Below, piece by piece: positions 20,609 to 33,643 of a stretch of DNA of 64,000 nt. The stretch is taken from positions 327,112,001 through 327,176,000 of the forward strand of contig OZ024741.1 in NCBI GenBank assembly GCA_964016885.1, in the 5' to 3' direction. The notes under the pieces were generated by a model that had not been told where the DNA came from, did not search any database, and worked only from the letters and a program-made list of their open reading frames with translations. Both the position numbers and the translations under genes were made by a program. The stretch's first letter is position 1. Each line of letters begins with the position of its first letter. This DNA comes from Eledone cirrhosa. Its lineage: Eukaryota.

Positions 20609-23600
20609 ATGGATGTGTTAAGAGTAGGATGTTTGAATGCACGTGGCCTGGGCTCAACTTGGAAGCAAGCAAAGCTTCTAAATGACCTCAGGTCATGTAG
20701 TATAAATGTAATGGTTATCTGTGAGACTCGAATCAGCGTCATGCGGCAGCTGGCCCCCACCTTCGATGACTTTGAGGTGCATGCATCTCTCTGTCAACCT
20801 GGAGGTGGGGGTGGGGTTGTCGTGCTGATGCAAAAACACCTGGGTCTTGCCGTACAGGTTGTGCACTCGGACCCGGAGGGTCGTTTGTTGGTGCTAGACG
20901 TTGGCAGTAGTGAAAGTGCGGCCTTGAGACTGGTCGCCGTCTACTCCCCTTTCGGAGCTGAACGGCCCGACTTCTTCCAGCGTTTGGAGACTTTTCTGGG
21001 AACGTCGCGTTCCCTGCTTCTAGCGGGGGATTGGAATGACATCCTAGATGCACGTTGGGACTATGCAGGAGCATGTCCGAATAGAGGGGGGTGTAACAGC
21101 CTCAAGGGGTTACTCGACCGTTTTAACTTGGTCGATAGATATCGACTAGATTTTCCAACTGTGCCTACCTGGACTTGGAGAAACCACAGTGGTCAATCTA
21201 GATCGTACTTAGATAGATTCTTAGTTAGAAGTAAGGATAGGGACATATTAAGCTGTCCAGAAATGCGCACGGTTGGCTACACGGATCACAAATTAGTGAC
21301 CTGCGTGGTCAATCTCGAGAAAACACATAGACAGGGTCCCGGTTACTGGAAACTTAATTTGTCTTTACCGGCAAAAGAGACTTACAGAAACCGGATTAGC
21401 AGATTAGTTAAGGAGAGGTTGACGGGTGCAATCGTCAACAACCGATGGTGGGCATCTCTCAAAAGAGAGATTAGAACAGAATCAATAAGTTATAGCAAGA
21501 TGTTAGCTGCCAATAGGAATAGAAACGAGAAAGAATTAACAGGTAAATTAGAAGAGGCAATCAAGAGCGAAGATGTGGCCAGAGTGCTGGCATCGAGGAC
21601 GGCCTTGAACCAGTTTTTCGATGCAAAGCATGAAGGCTGCGTCATTCGAAGTAAAATACGTGCTCTAGGTAATGAGGGGGCCAAAGCCGTTGGATGGGCC
21701 CGCGTGACAGAAGCTAAAAGTGGAAATCGATCCACCATCCGGTCGTTGCAAGACGAAGATGGACGAGTGATCCGGGAGCCTAAGCAGATGTGCGAGGCCT
21801 TTCAAAAGCACTTTGCCCGATTGTTCGGGGGAGGCGAGGGTCCGGGCCGGGGCGTGGATTTCGGTCCATACCTCGACGGCCTGCCGCGTCTCTCGAACAA
21901 AGAGGCGGAGTCCTGCGAGGGACCAATCTCGGCTGATGAGATCGGAGATGCGCTGAGCCAATGCAGCAGACGCAAATCTCCAGGTCTCGATGGTATACCT
22001 TACGAACTTTATTTAGCAATGCCGGTCTTCTTCTCCGAACTCCTCGAAGCGGTCTACTGCAATTGGCAGCAGAACGGGAGAATTCCTTGTTCTGTAGCCA
22101 AGGGCGTAGTCACGCTGGTGAGGAAGGACGAGAACAAGGGGGATAGTATAAATAATTTTCGGCCCATAACCCTGCTAAACACAGAGTTAAAGATTTTGGC
22201 CAAGGTGTTAGCAAAGAGGTTGGCGCTTGTCGTGGGTGGCCTGGTGGGAGATGCGCAGACATGTGCTATCCCATCCAGGTCCATTCACGATAACCTCCAC
22301 CTCATGCGATACATCATAGAGAGGGTTGGCAACAAACCCGGCTTCGGTGGGGCCCTGATCAACTTGGATCAGTCTAAGGCCTTCGATAGGGTCGACCATG
22401 GTTACCTGGATGCGGTGCTAGCGGCGGCTGGGTTCGGTCCTGTTTTCAGAGGCTGGATCACTGCCCTACATAGCAACCACATCTGTTCTAGGATCAAGGT
22501 GAACGGCTACCTTTCGAAGCCGTTCGAAATCACACGATCCATTCGACAGGGGTGCCCTCTCTCCTCCCTTCTGTACGTATTGACTCTCGAGCCTTTACTG
22601 AGGAAGTTGGAGTTGTTGCAGGGTATCCCCCTGGAACCAGGATTGAGCAAAGCGGTGTCGGCCTACGCCGATGACGTAACAGTAATGGTATCAACCGACT
22701 CGGAGATCGAGGCGATCGGTACCTTACTGGAGGAGTACGAAAGGTTGTCAGGAGCGAAACTGAACCGGGAAAAATCCATCGGGCTGCAACTCGGAACGTG
22801 GAGAGGCAGACCGATGCCTCCCGATGGTGTCGTCGGACACTGGACGGAGGGCCCGGTAAAGTTGCTTGGGGTCTGGTTTGGACCGCACCTCCAGGTGGAA
22901 AAGAACTGGAACGAGGTTACGAACAAGGTGTTTGCACTAACCCAGAAATGGGCCAAGTGTAAGCTGTCCCTAAAAGGCCGGGCGCAGGTGGCGAACATTT
23001 ACATAGCGTCCGTCACTTACTACCGCCTGACTGTCGTGCCTTGCCCTAAGGAAACACTCACCACCATGGAACGCATGCTCTTCCAATTTCTTTGGAAGAA
23101 GCGTCCTCCTATGGTGAGAAGATCCATCTGCTGCCAACAACCTTCGAAAGGAGGGCTGGGGATGCCGTGGTTGATGATGCGTAGGCACGCATTAAGGCTA
23201 CGGCACCTACAGGTATTCCTCACTGGTCAACCGGTGTGGGCTCCGTTCGTGAAACGAGCCTTTCCGAGACTCGTCTCACTCACCGAGCTACAGTCCTGGG
23301 TCAAGCAAAGATCCGGAAAACTGGGAGACTGGCACACTGAGTGTGCTCAGGCGCTCAGGGCTCTCTGGCAAGCGGGCCGGGCCATCGGTGGAGAATCCAC
23401 CTCATCATTCTATAGAGGGCTGGTGGCTAGCAGGGGCGATGACACCCTTGGAGAGTCGCTGGACATGGAAGAAGACGAACTGGCCAGCCTGTTCGGTAGG
23501 ACTTTCGGCCCAGGACCAATGGACAACTTCCAGAAGTCACTGGCCTGGCAGTGCTACCGAGGGGCTCTACCCGTTCGAGAGAGGCTCTACAGACACGGGC

Positions 23601-24046
23601 GCCCGGGCAGGGATCCCTCAAAAAAGATTTGCCCTAGATGCGTGCGTCACGAAGAAACCGTGGCGCACGCATTGGTGCAATGTCCGGGCGTGGCTGATCT
23701 GTGGGGCTACGCCGAACAACTGCTGTCGCGGGTGGCGCCGATTAAATTGACAGCCGAGTCCGTGATGACAATCAAACCGCCTCCCCTCTTCACAAAGGAA
23801 GCAAAGGCGGTTTTTCTGTGCGTAATAGCCATGTTGAAAGAGGTTGTTTGGTGGACACGATTGAAAGGTCTGAGGTCAGGCAACTTCCTCTCTGGCCATA
23901 GTCTGGTCTACTTCTTCCGATATCACTTCGGAAGAAGGATAAGAATGGAGAGAGAGGTGCTTGGCCACAGGCAGTTTTATGAAAGGTGGGTGATAGTGGC
24001 GAGAATGGCTCGTGTAAATGGGCCTTCTCTGTATACCATCCTGTAG
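20609..24046 (+). CDS. LINE ORF2 APE-RT (copy 3)
   Basis: 1145 aa, intact, YADD present. Confidence 0.97.
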   Translation: MDVLRVGCLNARGLGSTWKQAKLLNDLRSCSINVMVICETRISVMRQLAPTFDDFEVHASLCQPGGGGGVVVLMQKHLGLAVQVVHSDPEGRLLVLDVGSSESAALRLVAVYSPFGAERPDFFQRLETFLGTSRSLLLAGDWNDILDARWDYAGACPNRGGCNSLKGLLDRFNLVDRYRLDFPTVPTWTWRNHSGQSRSYLDRFLVRSKDRDILSCPEMRTVGYTDHKLVTCVVNLEKTHRQGPGYWKLNLSLPAKETYRNRISRLVKERLTGAIVNNRWWASLKREIRTESISYSKMLAANRNRNEKELTGKLEEAIKSEDVARVLASRTALNQFFDAKHEGCVIRSKIRALGNEGAKAVGWARVTEAKSGNRSTIRSLQDEDGRVIREPKQMCEAFQKHFARLFGGGEGPGRGVDFGPYLDGLPRLSNKEAESCEGPISADEIGDALSQCSRRKSPGLDGIPYELYLAMPVFFSELLEAVYCNWQQNGRIPCSVAKGVVTLVRKDENKGDSINNFRPITLLNTELKILAKVLAKRLALVVGGLVGDAQTCAIPSRSIHDNLHLMRYIIERVGNKPGFGGALINLDQSKAFDRVDHGYLDAVLAAAGFGPVFRGWITALHSNHICSRIKVNGYLSKPFEITRSIRQGCPLSSLLYVLTLEPLLRKLELLQGIPLEPGLSKAVSAYADDVTVMVSTDSEIEAIGTLLEEYERLSGAKLNREKSIGLQLGTWRGRPMPPDGVVGHWTEGPVKLLGVWFGPHLQVEKNWNEVTNKVFALTQKWAKCKLSLKGRAQVANIYIASVTYYRLTVVPCPKETLTTMERMLFQFLWKKRPPMVRRSICCQQPSKGGLGMPWLMMRRHALRLRHLQVFLTGQPVWAPFVKRAFPRLVSLTELQSWVKQRSGKLGDWHTECAQALRALWQAGRAIGGESTSSFYRGLVASRGDDTLGESLDMEEDELASLFGRTFGPGPMDNFQKSLAWQCYRGALPVRERLYRHGRPGRDPSKKICPRCVRHEETVAHALVQCPGVADLWGYAEQLLSRVAPIKLTAESVMTIKPPPLFTKEAKAVFLCVIAMLKEVVWWTRLKGLRSGNFLSGHSLVYFFRYHFGRRIRMEREVLGHRQFYERWVIVARMARVNGPSLYTIL

Positions 24047-24279
24047 GTAAAGAAGTAAAGGAGAGGGGAGCACCTTCTCCATGTGCTCCCCGGGCAAAGG
24101 ATTGCACACTTTTTCGGGGGTGTGTGCAACCCCCATCACGCCCCCTCCCTTTTGAGGTTATTTTCGATTATTTTCATGTTACACCCTTTTTACTCGATTA
24201 TATGTAAACTCCCCCTTTGTATTTGTCCCTTCTTTTTATGCCTTTATGGTAAATAAAGAAATCTATCTATCTATATATA

Positions 24280-24582
<303 letters not shown>

Positions 24583-24964
24583 CATGCTTATACATTCATA
24601 CACATATTACATTAGCTGCCGAATATCATTATTCTCTTAATGTATGACGGCGGATATCTGTAAATATATTCCGAAAGTATTTTGTATTTGTCTCTTCAGT
24701 TCAAATATTGTTTAACACAACTATATAGTGATAATGGAAACGGAAAAAAAATATGTATAATATTGAATAATATTTTTATAATGACGGAAACCGTTTTACG
24801 CTTCACCAAATGTTTAGCTATGTTGGTGTTCATTTTAAGCATTGAGTCGTTTCGCTTTTGTTCCCCACGTCATACCTATTAAATGATCCGTTGATCAATC
24901 ATTTATGTTACTGCAATATAACTTAAATTCCTTCCTGAAAATGTCAGCTCCCATTTACAACACA

Positions 24965-25152
24965 TACGGGCCTAGGCTGAAAAGTTCATAGGTTGAATAT
25001 GAAGGTGTGATTCTAGGGCTGTGAAATACTGGATGCCTTAATTTTAACTCTACTCATGAAGAACTGCATTCGTTTTATCCAGAAGCTATGTCAATTGTTC
25101 ATTCCATGAGAATACCTTGGTCAGCCTATGAACCGTTGAAGTGACTCTCCTA
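24965..25152. mobile_element. Degraded Tc1/mariner-type MITE
   Basis: TA-flanked imperfect terminal inverted repeats: TACGGGCCTAGGCTGAAAAGTTCATAGGTTGA ... TCAGCCTATGAACCGTTGAAGTGACTCTCCTA. Confidence 0.55.
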
Positions 25153-25239
25153 TATATCTGGGCTTCCTTTCAAGCCAGGCATTTATGAAATTATGAATCA
25201 CTGTTACTCTTGCTGTTGTAATTATTTACACTGTTGAGG

Positions 25240-26830
25240 TCAGTGGTTTGTTTGAGTCGTAAAAGCTTTGTAGTAGTATTTGTTCCAATTTTTTCTGTTC
25301 TGAGATTAAATTCCTCCGAGGTCAACTTTGCATTTCATCCTGACGAAGTCGAGGAATAAAAGTTCCAATAAACTACTGCAGTTGATATAATGGACCTCCT
25401 CCCTTCTATATATTGTTGGCCTGGTGCATAAGTTAGAAAATCATAATTAAACTGGTAATTATAGGAGCTGTTTATTGACAGGATCCTAATAGCAGCGACA
25501 ATCGATAAAACAAATTAAATACTGGATTCAAATATATTCTACTCCTCACCCCCACAAAAAAGTATGTCATTGTGTCTATATACTAGCAACTACTGTTACA
25601 CGGTGAAAGGGTGATGGAATGGTGATATCTTCAGACTGTTGATCAAATTGCTTTGCGGCATTTACATACAAATGTTTAAACTCTAATCTCAAATTTTGTA
25701 AAAGTCAAATTCTCACAGTTTCTCGGTAAAATAAATAATTGTTTCTACTTTTGGCACAAGGCCAGCAAATACCTAGTGTATTACTGGTACTTTATTTTAT
25801 CGACCCCGTAAGGATGAAAGGCAAAGTTAACCTCGGCGGGATTTGAACTCAGAATGGAAAGGGCCGTAACTCTTTGCGTCAAAGCATGGCGTCCGACACT
25901 CTACCAATACTGCCAAAAATAAATAATGGTCAAATACTGGATTCAATTTCATCGACTGACCCTTATCCTAAACTGCTGCCGATATAAGTAAATACTCTGT
26001 ACGAATGGGAATTTAACTTCTAATGGAGTCGTAATGGCGCTGTACAGAGTTACCCAGTCATTTTAAACCAGAGTCCCTGCTTCTCCAGTTCCGAATACAT
26101 TCAATTTCTTCCAAAGAAGGAGAAGGGGTAAGTGAAAACGAAATAAAGAGGAAGAATTGATTCCAGTACATCTTTTACCAATTTTGAATAGATGAAATGC
26201 AAAGGTTACCTTGTGGAATATGAACTTAGATTGCAGAGAACTGGCATGAATACCAGAAATCTTTCCAACTGACGATCTAACGACTCTTTATAAGAAACCA
26301 TTATTTCACTGGGTAGTATAAAAGAACTCGATAAAGTAAAGTAGCGCTCAAGTACAGTGGTCAATATAATCACTTTCATTTGAAATGCATAGCTTTGTGC
26401 CTATTATAGAGACGATGTTTTCACGGGAGTAAAGGATTTGAGTTGGTGGAAGCGTTAGAGCGACAATTAAAATGCTTTGACATATTTGTTTCCGATCGTT
26501 ACGCCCTCATATCACTTCCCACTGATGTGAAGTTTGCTTTGCATTTTTCCTGGGGCATTAACCTATTTCATGAATCAAGTATCGGGAATGAGAGGTCGAT
26601 TTATTGGCTGTTCCTTTCTGCCCAAATCTGCTGGCATTTGCCTCTGCTAGAAACTATTATTACAACGGTAAGGTGCTTGCTAGATTGGCAGTATCGGACG
26701 AAAGGTTTTGCCGTGTATAGGAAATACTTTCAATGTTCTGATTTCACATCAAGGTCAACTTTACCTTTCGTGCTTCTAGCGTCGATAGAATAATGCCTCA
26801 GTCAAGTATCGGATTCGATTCAATTAGCTG
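25240..26830. mobile_element. Cluster of old tRNA-SINE copies in both orientations; best preserved at 25735-25915 (minus)
   Basis: Recurrent core GAGGTCAACTTTGC.TTTCATCC near 25320, 25810 (reverse), 26200 (reverse), 26530 and 26755. Confidence 0.7.
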
Positions 26831-27149
26831 TTCCTTTGTGACACTCGTGAGCAACGGTCATTGACAAAGGTGTGTGTTTAACCGAGAGTGTCGGCAAGAA
26901 AGAACGGAGGACTTCTAAATTTTAAGACCGAGTAAAGAGGGATGGCTGTATCGCATTAAATAGGAGTCAGGTATGTGTTTTGGAGAATAGTGGAGAGAAC
27001 GAACAATAAATAGTTTTGAAAAAATTAAAATATATTATATTGGAATTTTACAATTATTTTGGATAGATCCAAATACTGTTTAAAGCATTGGTTAACACAC
27101 ACATACACACATACACATACACACACACACACACATACACACCCAGACA

Positions 27150-27261
<112 letters not shown>

Positions 27262-28064
27262 GTATATATATATTATAAACTTAGAAAAATCAAAGGACAA
27301 GAAGACAAACGGAAACAAGGCAAAACGAAAACCAATTCTTTAAAGGGTAACCCTTAAGCTATTATTGTTTGAAAATATAAATACAAACGAAAGACACAGA
27401 ACTCTAGGGTCATCGGCCGTTGAGATCGACGTTGGCAGTTTGACACCTAGCAAAGCTATAGCTGGTCAGCCCAGGGTCACAGCGCCTGGCACAAGTCAGG
27501 GCATTGCTCTATGGAGTGAGAGACGAGACAAACAGCAGCGTATAGTAGTTTGGTTATGACAAGTAAACATAATTTCTCGTGGCGACAGAGGAAATTTATT
27601 GTGCTTCTCATTTCAGGAACGAAACTGTCAGAAGTGAAACAAATGAAAGAAACGAAGAAAGAAGCAGGCAAAATATTCTTTTAATAAATGTGACCCATTG
27701 AAATTAATGGGGGGAGAAGAGAAAACACATTCGTCACATATTAATAGTGATAAACGTAGGAAAATCAGCAGATTGAGGACAAGATAACAAAAGAAAAGAA
27801 GGGAATATGAAAAATAACTTTTTAAAGGAGGGAATCTTAAAAAAAAAATATTTTGAAAATAAGATTACAAACGAAGGAAACAGAGACACTCACACACACA
27901 CATGCGAGGCGCGTGCCACACCATATATATATAGAGAGAAACCATTTCTATGTTAGATACTTATACTCTGCTATGTATTGAGTACCTTACTTGCTGTGAT
28001 TATCCACGGATTGAACACAGGATACACACACACACACACACACACAAAAAATTACCCCCCCCCC

Positions 28065-28095
<31 letters not shown>

Positions 28096-28283
28096 TAGTA
28101 TTGTTGCTCTGAAATAGCGATGTATACATGAATGTATGTATAGTATATTTGGAAATATACTGTATGTTTAATTAAAAACATTTTGAATACCATTTGCTCT
28201 GAGTTTTAAAGTAGTGACCCTGTCACTTATTTTCGGCTGAAACAAAGGGAGAGTCATCGACAGTCTGTTTCTCGCTTGTTAGC

Positions 28284-28323
<40 letters not shown>

Positions 28324-28629
28324 AGTCATAAGGAACACATATGTTTAAACATAAGCATAGATACATATATGTGTAGTTCAATGAATGAATGAATTAAATA
28401 AATAATTATTAATTAGAGCTATATTATTATAAGTTTGAAGAACAGACAATGCTACGATTAAACATTTCCATAAAATGCAAACGAAACTGTCGACAATCGG
28501 AACCAGAGGAATATTAGTAATATTTATCTAATACTTCTTCAAACTTATAGTTTAAACTTAACTCCGTTTAATTGATTATTTATTTAGTTAATTTCTACAG
28601 ACTGAGAAGAAAAATTAAGTAAATTTTAT

Positions 28630-28818
28630 CTTGACTGGAGCATTGGTAGATGGTTACATCTGACAGAACCCGCTGGAGGAAAGTGTTTGACGATTTTGTC
28701 CAACGACCTCTAATGAATACGTGGGAAAAGAAGAAGAAGAAGAAGAAGAAGAAGAAGAAGAAGAAGAAGAAGAAGAAGAAGAAGAAGAAGAAGAAGAAGA
28801 AGAAGAAGAAGAAGAAGA
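28630..28818 (+). mobile_element. 3' end of an RTE-like LINE with (GAA)n tail
   Basis: W..VTSDRTRWRKV-type C-terminal remnant followed by a long GAA run; similar organisation at 36810-37137. Confidence 0.5.
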
Positions 28819-29111
28819 ATATATATATGTATGTATGCATATGTATATGTGGTGTGTGCGTACGTCTGTGTAGTCGTTTGTGTGTATGTAGTCGTGCGCG
28901 TTGAACATTTTGGTATATGTGCGTGTGTATGAAACTGTCAATAATTAATAACTGGTTTTAAATACCAAGCCGTTTGACAGGAATATTAATATTGTTTGAT
29001 GAATATGGAAACAAAAACACATAATATAACATATTTACGAAATGGAGAGTTCAGAACTTAATATTCTATAATAACGTGAGTTGAAATTAATAACCGCCTT
29101 TATATGACGAC

Positions 29112-29251
<140 letters not shown>

Positions 29252-29295
29252 ATATATATAAATACATACATAGACACATGTATATATATATATAT

Positions 29296-29394
29296 AATTG
29301 TTTCTACTTCTGGCACAGGGCCAGCAATTATTCAGTACATTACTGGTACTTTATTTTATGGACCCCGTAAGGAGGAAAGGCAAAGTTAACCTCG
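29296..29394 (-). mobile_element. SINE 3' fragment
   Basis: Matches the core and tail of the SINE at 35715-35905. Confidence 0.75.
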
Positions 29395-29404
29395 ATATAT
29401 ATAC

Positions 29405-29437
<33 letters not shown>

Positions 29438-29459
29438 CATACATATATACATATATACA

Positions 29460-29524
<65 letters not shown>

Positions 29525-29653
29525 AAAGTTCTATTTAAAATTGTTGGGATACAACAAGTGAATATTTTTTTAACTGATATAAAGCACTCGACAAGTTTTT
29601 TGGAGTAGATATACGATATTAATAAATGGAAACTATATTTATAAAACCATATT

Positions 29654-29718
29654 TATTTCATTATACATATTTCAGGGATACCACATTAAATTATGGTATG
29701 CCTTCATCAGACAAAATA
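29654..29718 (-). ncRNA. Type I hammerhead ribozyme (inverted pLTR copy)
   Basis: Reverse complement of 32571-32635. Confidence 0.7.
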
Positions 29719-32570
29719 CAATATATAACAGTTTTACAAATAGCTTTGACATACCCTTTTAAAATGCAACCATTACTTTTGGAGGCTGTCTGGATAGTGA
29801 TTTGTTTATATTATTTTAATAAGTCATAGTGTCAAGCACAATTAGAGAAAGACGGAGAGAAAGAAAAAAAAAAGAAAAAAGACGGAGAGAGAGAAAGAAT
29901 ACCTGGAGAAATATCGGAGAGAGAGAAAAGTATGGAGAAAAGAAAGAGATAAATAAAGATAGGAGGAAACAAAAAAGAAAGAAAAATGGAAGAAATAAGA
30001 AAAACAAAGGAAAGCAACAGAGATATATCAAGTCATCATACAGATAGAAAAACTCAAGAGAGAGAAATACTATATAGAGAGAGGGGAGACAATGAAAACT
30101 TTACGTCATGTCATATTAAGTTGAGTTAACAATTTATATAAAATGAATAATAAATATATAAATATCAATATTCATGAATGGGACATAGATATATAATATG
30201 AGAAATTAAACATTGTTCAATAATGACTATATGTTTAGTTTAAAAACTTGAGATCAATATACCAAAATCTGAGTTAAATCGTTCAAAATGTACCCTTGCT
30301 ATAGAGATCAGTATCTTATGCAAAGACATACAAATATATATGTATATATATATATATATATATACACATACGCACGTCCTGAAAATAGGAAATTATGTTT
30401 ACTCAAGCCAATAATATAGCCATACAAAACTTAAATGATTTCTCTTAATCACTGCTATACATTCCTTGTGTTATAAAAAGTTCACAGTATATATACATAA
30501 ATATATACGATTAATATTCATGTCCTCATATATACGATTACCATTCATGTATTTAATATTATGCATATCTGCAACATACCTCTCACCCACATATATATAT
30601 ATACACACATATATACATACATATGTATAAATAAATATCTGCGTGCGTCCTCCACATCGCTCATGTATATATAGACATATATACAAACACAAAAAAACCT
30701 ATAACACTTTATATGCATGCTAATACACACATATGCATTTGCATAGAGATAATCAGATATCAATATATTACTAAAGGATTATAACTGGTAAATATAACTA
30801 TAACAATACAAATTTAAAATACCAAAGGAATATATTTTGGAAATACAACTATATCAGTAGTCAAAAGAAATCTAGAAATATCAAAGCATTAAATATCTTT
30901 AAAACACTATAGAGTATCTTAAATTAAAATAATGTTTTATATATTTAGTATAGAAATTTATCCTACGTATATCTCAATCAAGATATTGAAAGGGTAGACT
31001 TATGAAAGTTATGAGAAGCTATCAGAATCAAATTATGGAAATAGACTAGTGAGGTTATTGATTGGTTTAAAGAAATTAAATATAACTATAATAATAAGTT
31101 TATTCAGCTGAATATTGCTAACTACTATTCATCTATCACTCCTAATCTACTGAATAAGGCACTAAATTACGCATTTAAACATACTGACCTAACTAGCAAT
31201 GAAATGCACATTATATAATCGGCAAGGAAAACATTGATAGCATTTAATAACCAACTCTGGACTAGGGCAGATAGAAATAATAATTTCGACATAACTATGG
31301 GATCATCAGACTCAGCTCAGGTAACGGACCTTGTGGGCCTATTTATAATTAATTCGCTACATAGAAAAATACCAATTGTAACCGGAGGATTATATCGTGA
31401 TGACATGCTTTTACTTATAGAAAATAATAGCTGTGAACTAAATAGAAAAAGAAAACAAATTATACAATTTTTTAATTACCTTAATCTAAAAATAGAAATA
31501 TAGAATAACCATAGAATAGTCAATTTTCTTGATGTAACACTAAATCTCAACACATGTCTTCATTATCCATTTCACAAACTAAATGAGAACTTGAATTATG
31601 TCAACTTTAACTCTAATCACCCCAGATCTGTTAAAAATACTAGTGTGAACTCTGTTCAAGAACGAATTTCAAGAATTTCATCTAATAAAAATATATTTGA
31701 TGACAAAGCGCAGTATTACAACGAAGCGTTAGGTAGAGCTGGATATAGAAATAAAATTAAATACATCGATAATAATAATAATAAGCAAACTAACCAAAAT
31801 AATAACAATTTCAATTACGGTAACAACTTTAACAACTATAATAGAAAACATTACAATAATTCCAAAAGCCGAAAAAGAAATAGAACTAGAAATATATTAT
31901 GGTTTGCTCACCCTTTCTCACTAAATATTAAAACCCCTATTGCTAAACTATTCTTTAAAGCTCTTGACAAACGCTTCCCTAGAACACATAAATATTACTC
32001 AATTTTTAATAGACACACTATAAAATTAACTTACTCGTCCACCAAAAATTTAGCACAAAATATTAATAGAATTAATAATAGGAATTTAAAACCTAACCAA
32101 AATAACAATATTCAATTAAATAACTGTAACTGTAGAAATAAATCTAACTGTCCGTTAAATAACAACTGCTTAGCTAAAAATGTAGTGTACAATTGTAATG
32201 TTAAAACTAATTTAAATTCATTTAACTATGTTGGTTCCACCTCTACAGAATTTAAATTTCGCTTCAATAATCATAAGAATTATTTCACAGATCCAAACAA
32301 AAAATCTTCAACTTCGCTATCTAGCCTACTATGGGACCTATCTCTTTCTTTTCTCCATACTTTTCTCTCTCTCCGATATTTCTCCAGGTTTTCTTTCTCT
32401 CTTTCCGTCTTTTTTCTTTTTTTTTCTTTCTCTCCGTCTTTCTCTAATTGTGCTTGACACTATGACTTATTAAAATAATATAAACAAATCACTATCCAGA
32501 CAGCCTCCAATAGTAATGGTTCCATTTTAAAAGGGTACATCAAAGCTATTTGTAAAACTGTTATATATTG

Positions 32571-32635
32571 TATTTTGTCTGATGAAGGCATACCATAATT
32601 TAATGTGGTATCCCTGAAATATGTATAATGAAATA
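32571..32635 (+). ncRNA. Type I minimal hammerhead ribozyme
   Basis: TATTTTGT-CTGATGA-AGGCATACCA(loop)TGGTATCCCT-GAAA-T-ATGT-ATA-ATGAAATA; stems I and II pair. Confidence 0.72.
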
Positions 32636-32674
32636 AATATGGTTTTATAAATATAGTTAACATTTATTAATATC

Positions 32675-32740
<66 letters not shown>

Positions 32741-33318
32741 TAAAATATCAGATTATACAGTATATGTACATATATATATATATACACACATGCATACATA
32801 TATATATATATATATTTAATACATTAACAGAGAAAGCTTTAAGCTATACTCTGACTGGCTTCCATCTCACTCAACAAACATTAGGATATACCTTAGTATA
32901 ATCCCAATTTTACGTTTGGGGTGCTAACTATATGTATTTTGCGGATAGCCAGTTGTTTTATTTTATATGAGACATAATTAAAATACACCTCCCTTTCCAA
33001 ACAATTGTTTCATTATAAGTTTTCTACAAGTTGGGAAAAATGTGTCCAGGTTATGTAGAAGCCTACGCATAGTCCGTAGGAATATATGCAGGTGGGCACT
33101 TATAAATCATCAGTGGATGCCCGTCAAACATCAATACAAAAAAACTTTTCTTACCGATATCCAATGTTCTGCGATAGTCCCCCTCCATATCAGAATGACC
33201 GCCAAATTTGAAATTCCAGCAGTCTCAGAATGAGAAATGTCACACTGTCATCAAGCGGAAAGGGGAAGTCATCGCGAAACATAAGAAAAGAAAATAATAT
33301 GCACGCGGGTCAATATAA

Positions 33319-33395
<77 letters not shown>

Positions 33396-33479
33396 CATAC
33401 ATACATACATATATATATATACATACACACATATATATATATATACATACATACCTACATATATATATACATACATACA

Positions 33480-33536
<57 letters not shown>

Positions 33537-33643
33537 TATTTTCCGTTGTGTTGTAATATAAATATTACACACAGTAGATTATCAGCTCACGTAGAGTTTG
33601 CTCGACGGTTCCAGTTGTAGTTCCAAAAGTAATCCGGAGAAAA

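Larger units (their letters stand above)
18467..24261 (+). mobile_element. Full-length Tx1/L1-clade LINE, copy 3 (5795 bp)
   Basis: Starts ATCTAGCTG (one ATCTA fewer); has the most private variants; followed by (TCTA)3(TA)3 at 24262-24279. Confidence 0.96.
29610..32677 (+). mobile_element. Penelope-like element (decayed RT + GIY-YIG) with inverted pseudo-LTRs at 29610-29951 and 32340-32677
   Basis: FDITMGSSDSAQVTDLVGL, GLYRDD, FLDVTL, SNHP, CNCRNKSNCPL, NVVY..YVGST..FKFRFNNH; ~340 bp inverted terminal repeats each carrying a hammerhead motif. Confidence 0.9.

Noticed and set aside
6835-24261. Tandem array as a pure assembly artefact
   Set aside because: Copies differ by private substitutions and distinct junction sequences; long-read confirmation is still advisable.
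33105-33120. Isolated CTGATGA motifs (also near 34625 and 47323)
   Set aside because: No matching GAAA or stems, so not hammerheads.
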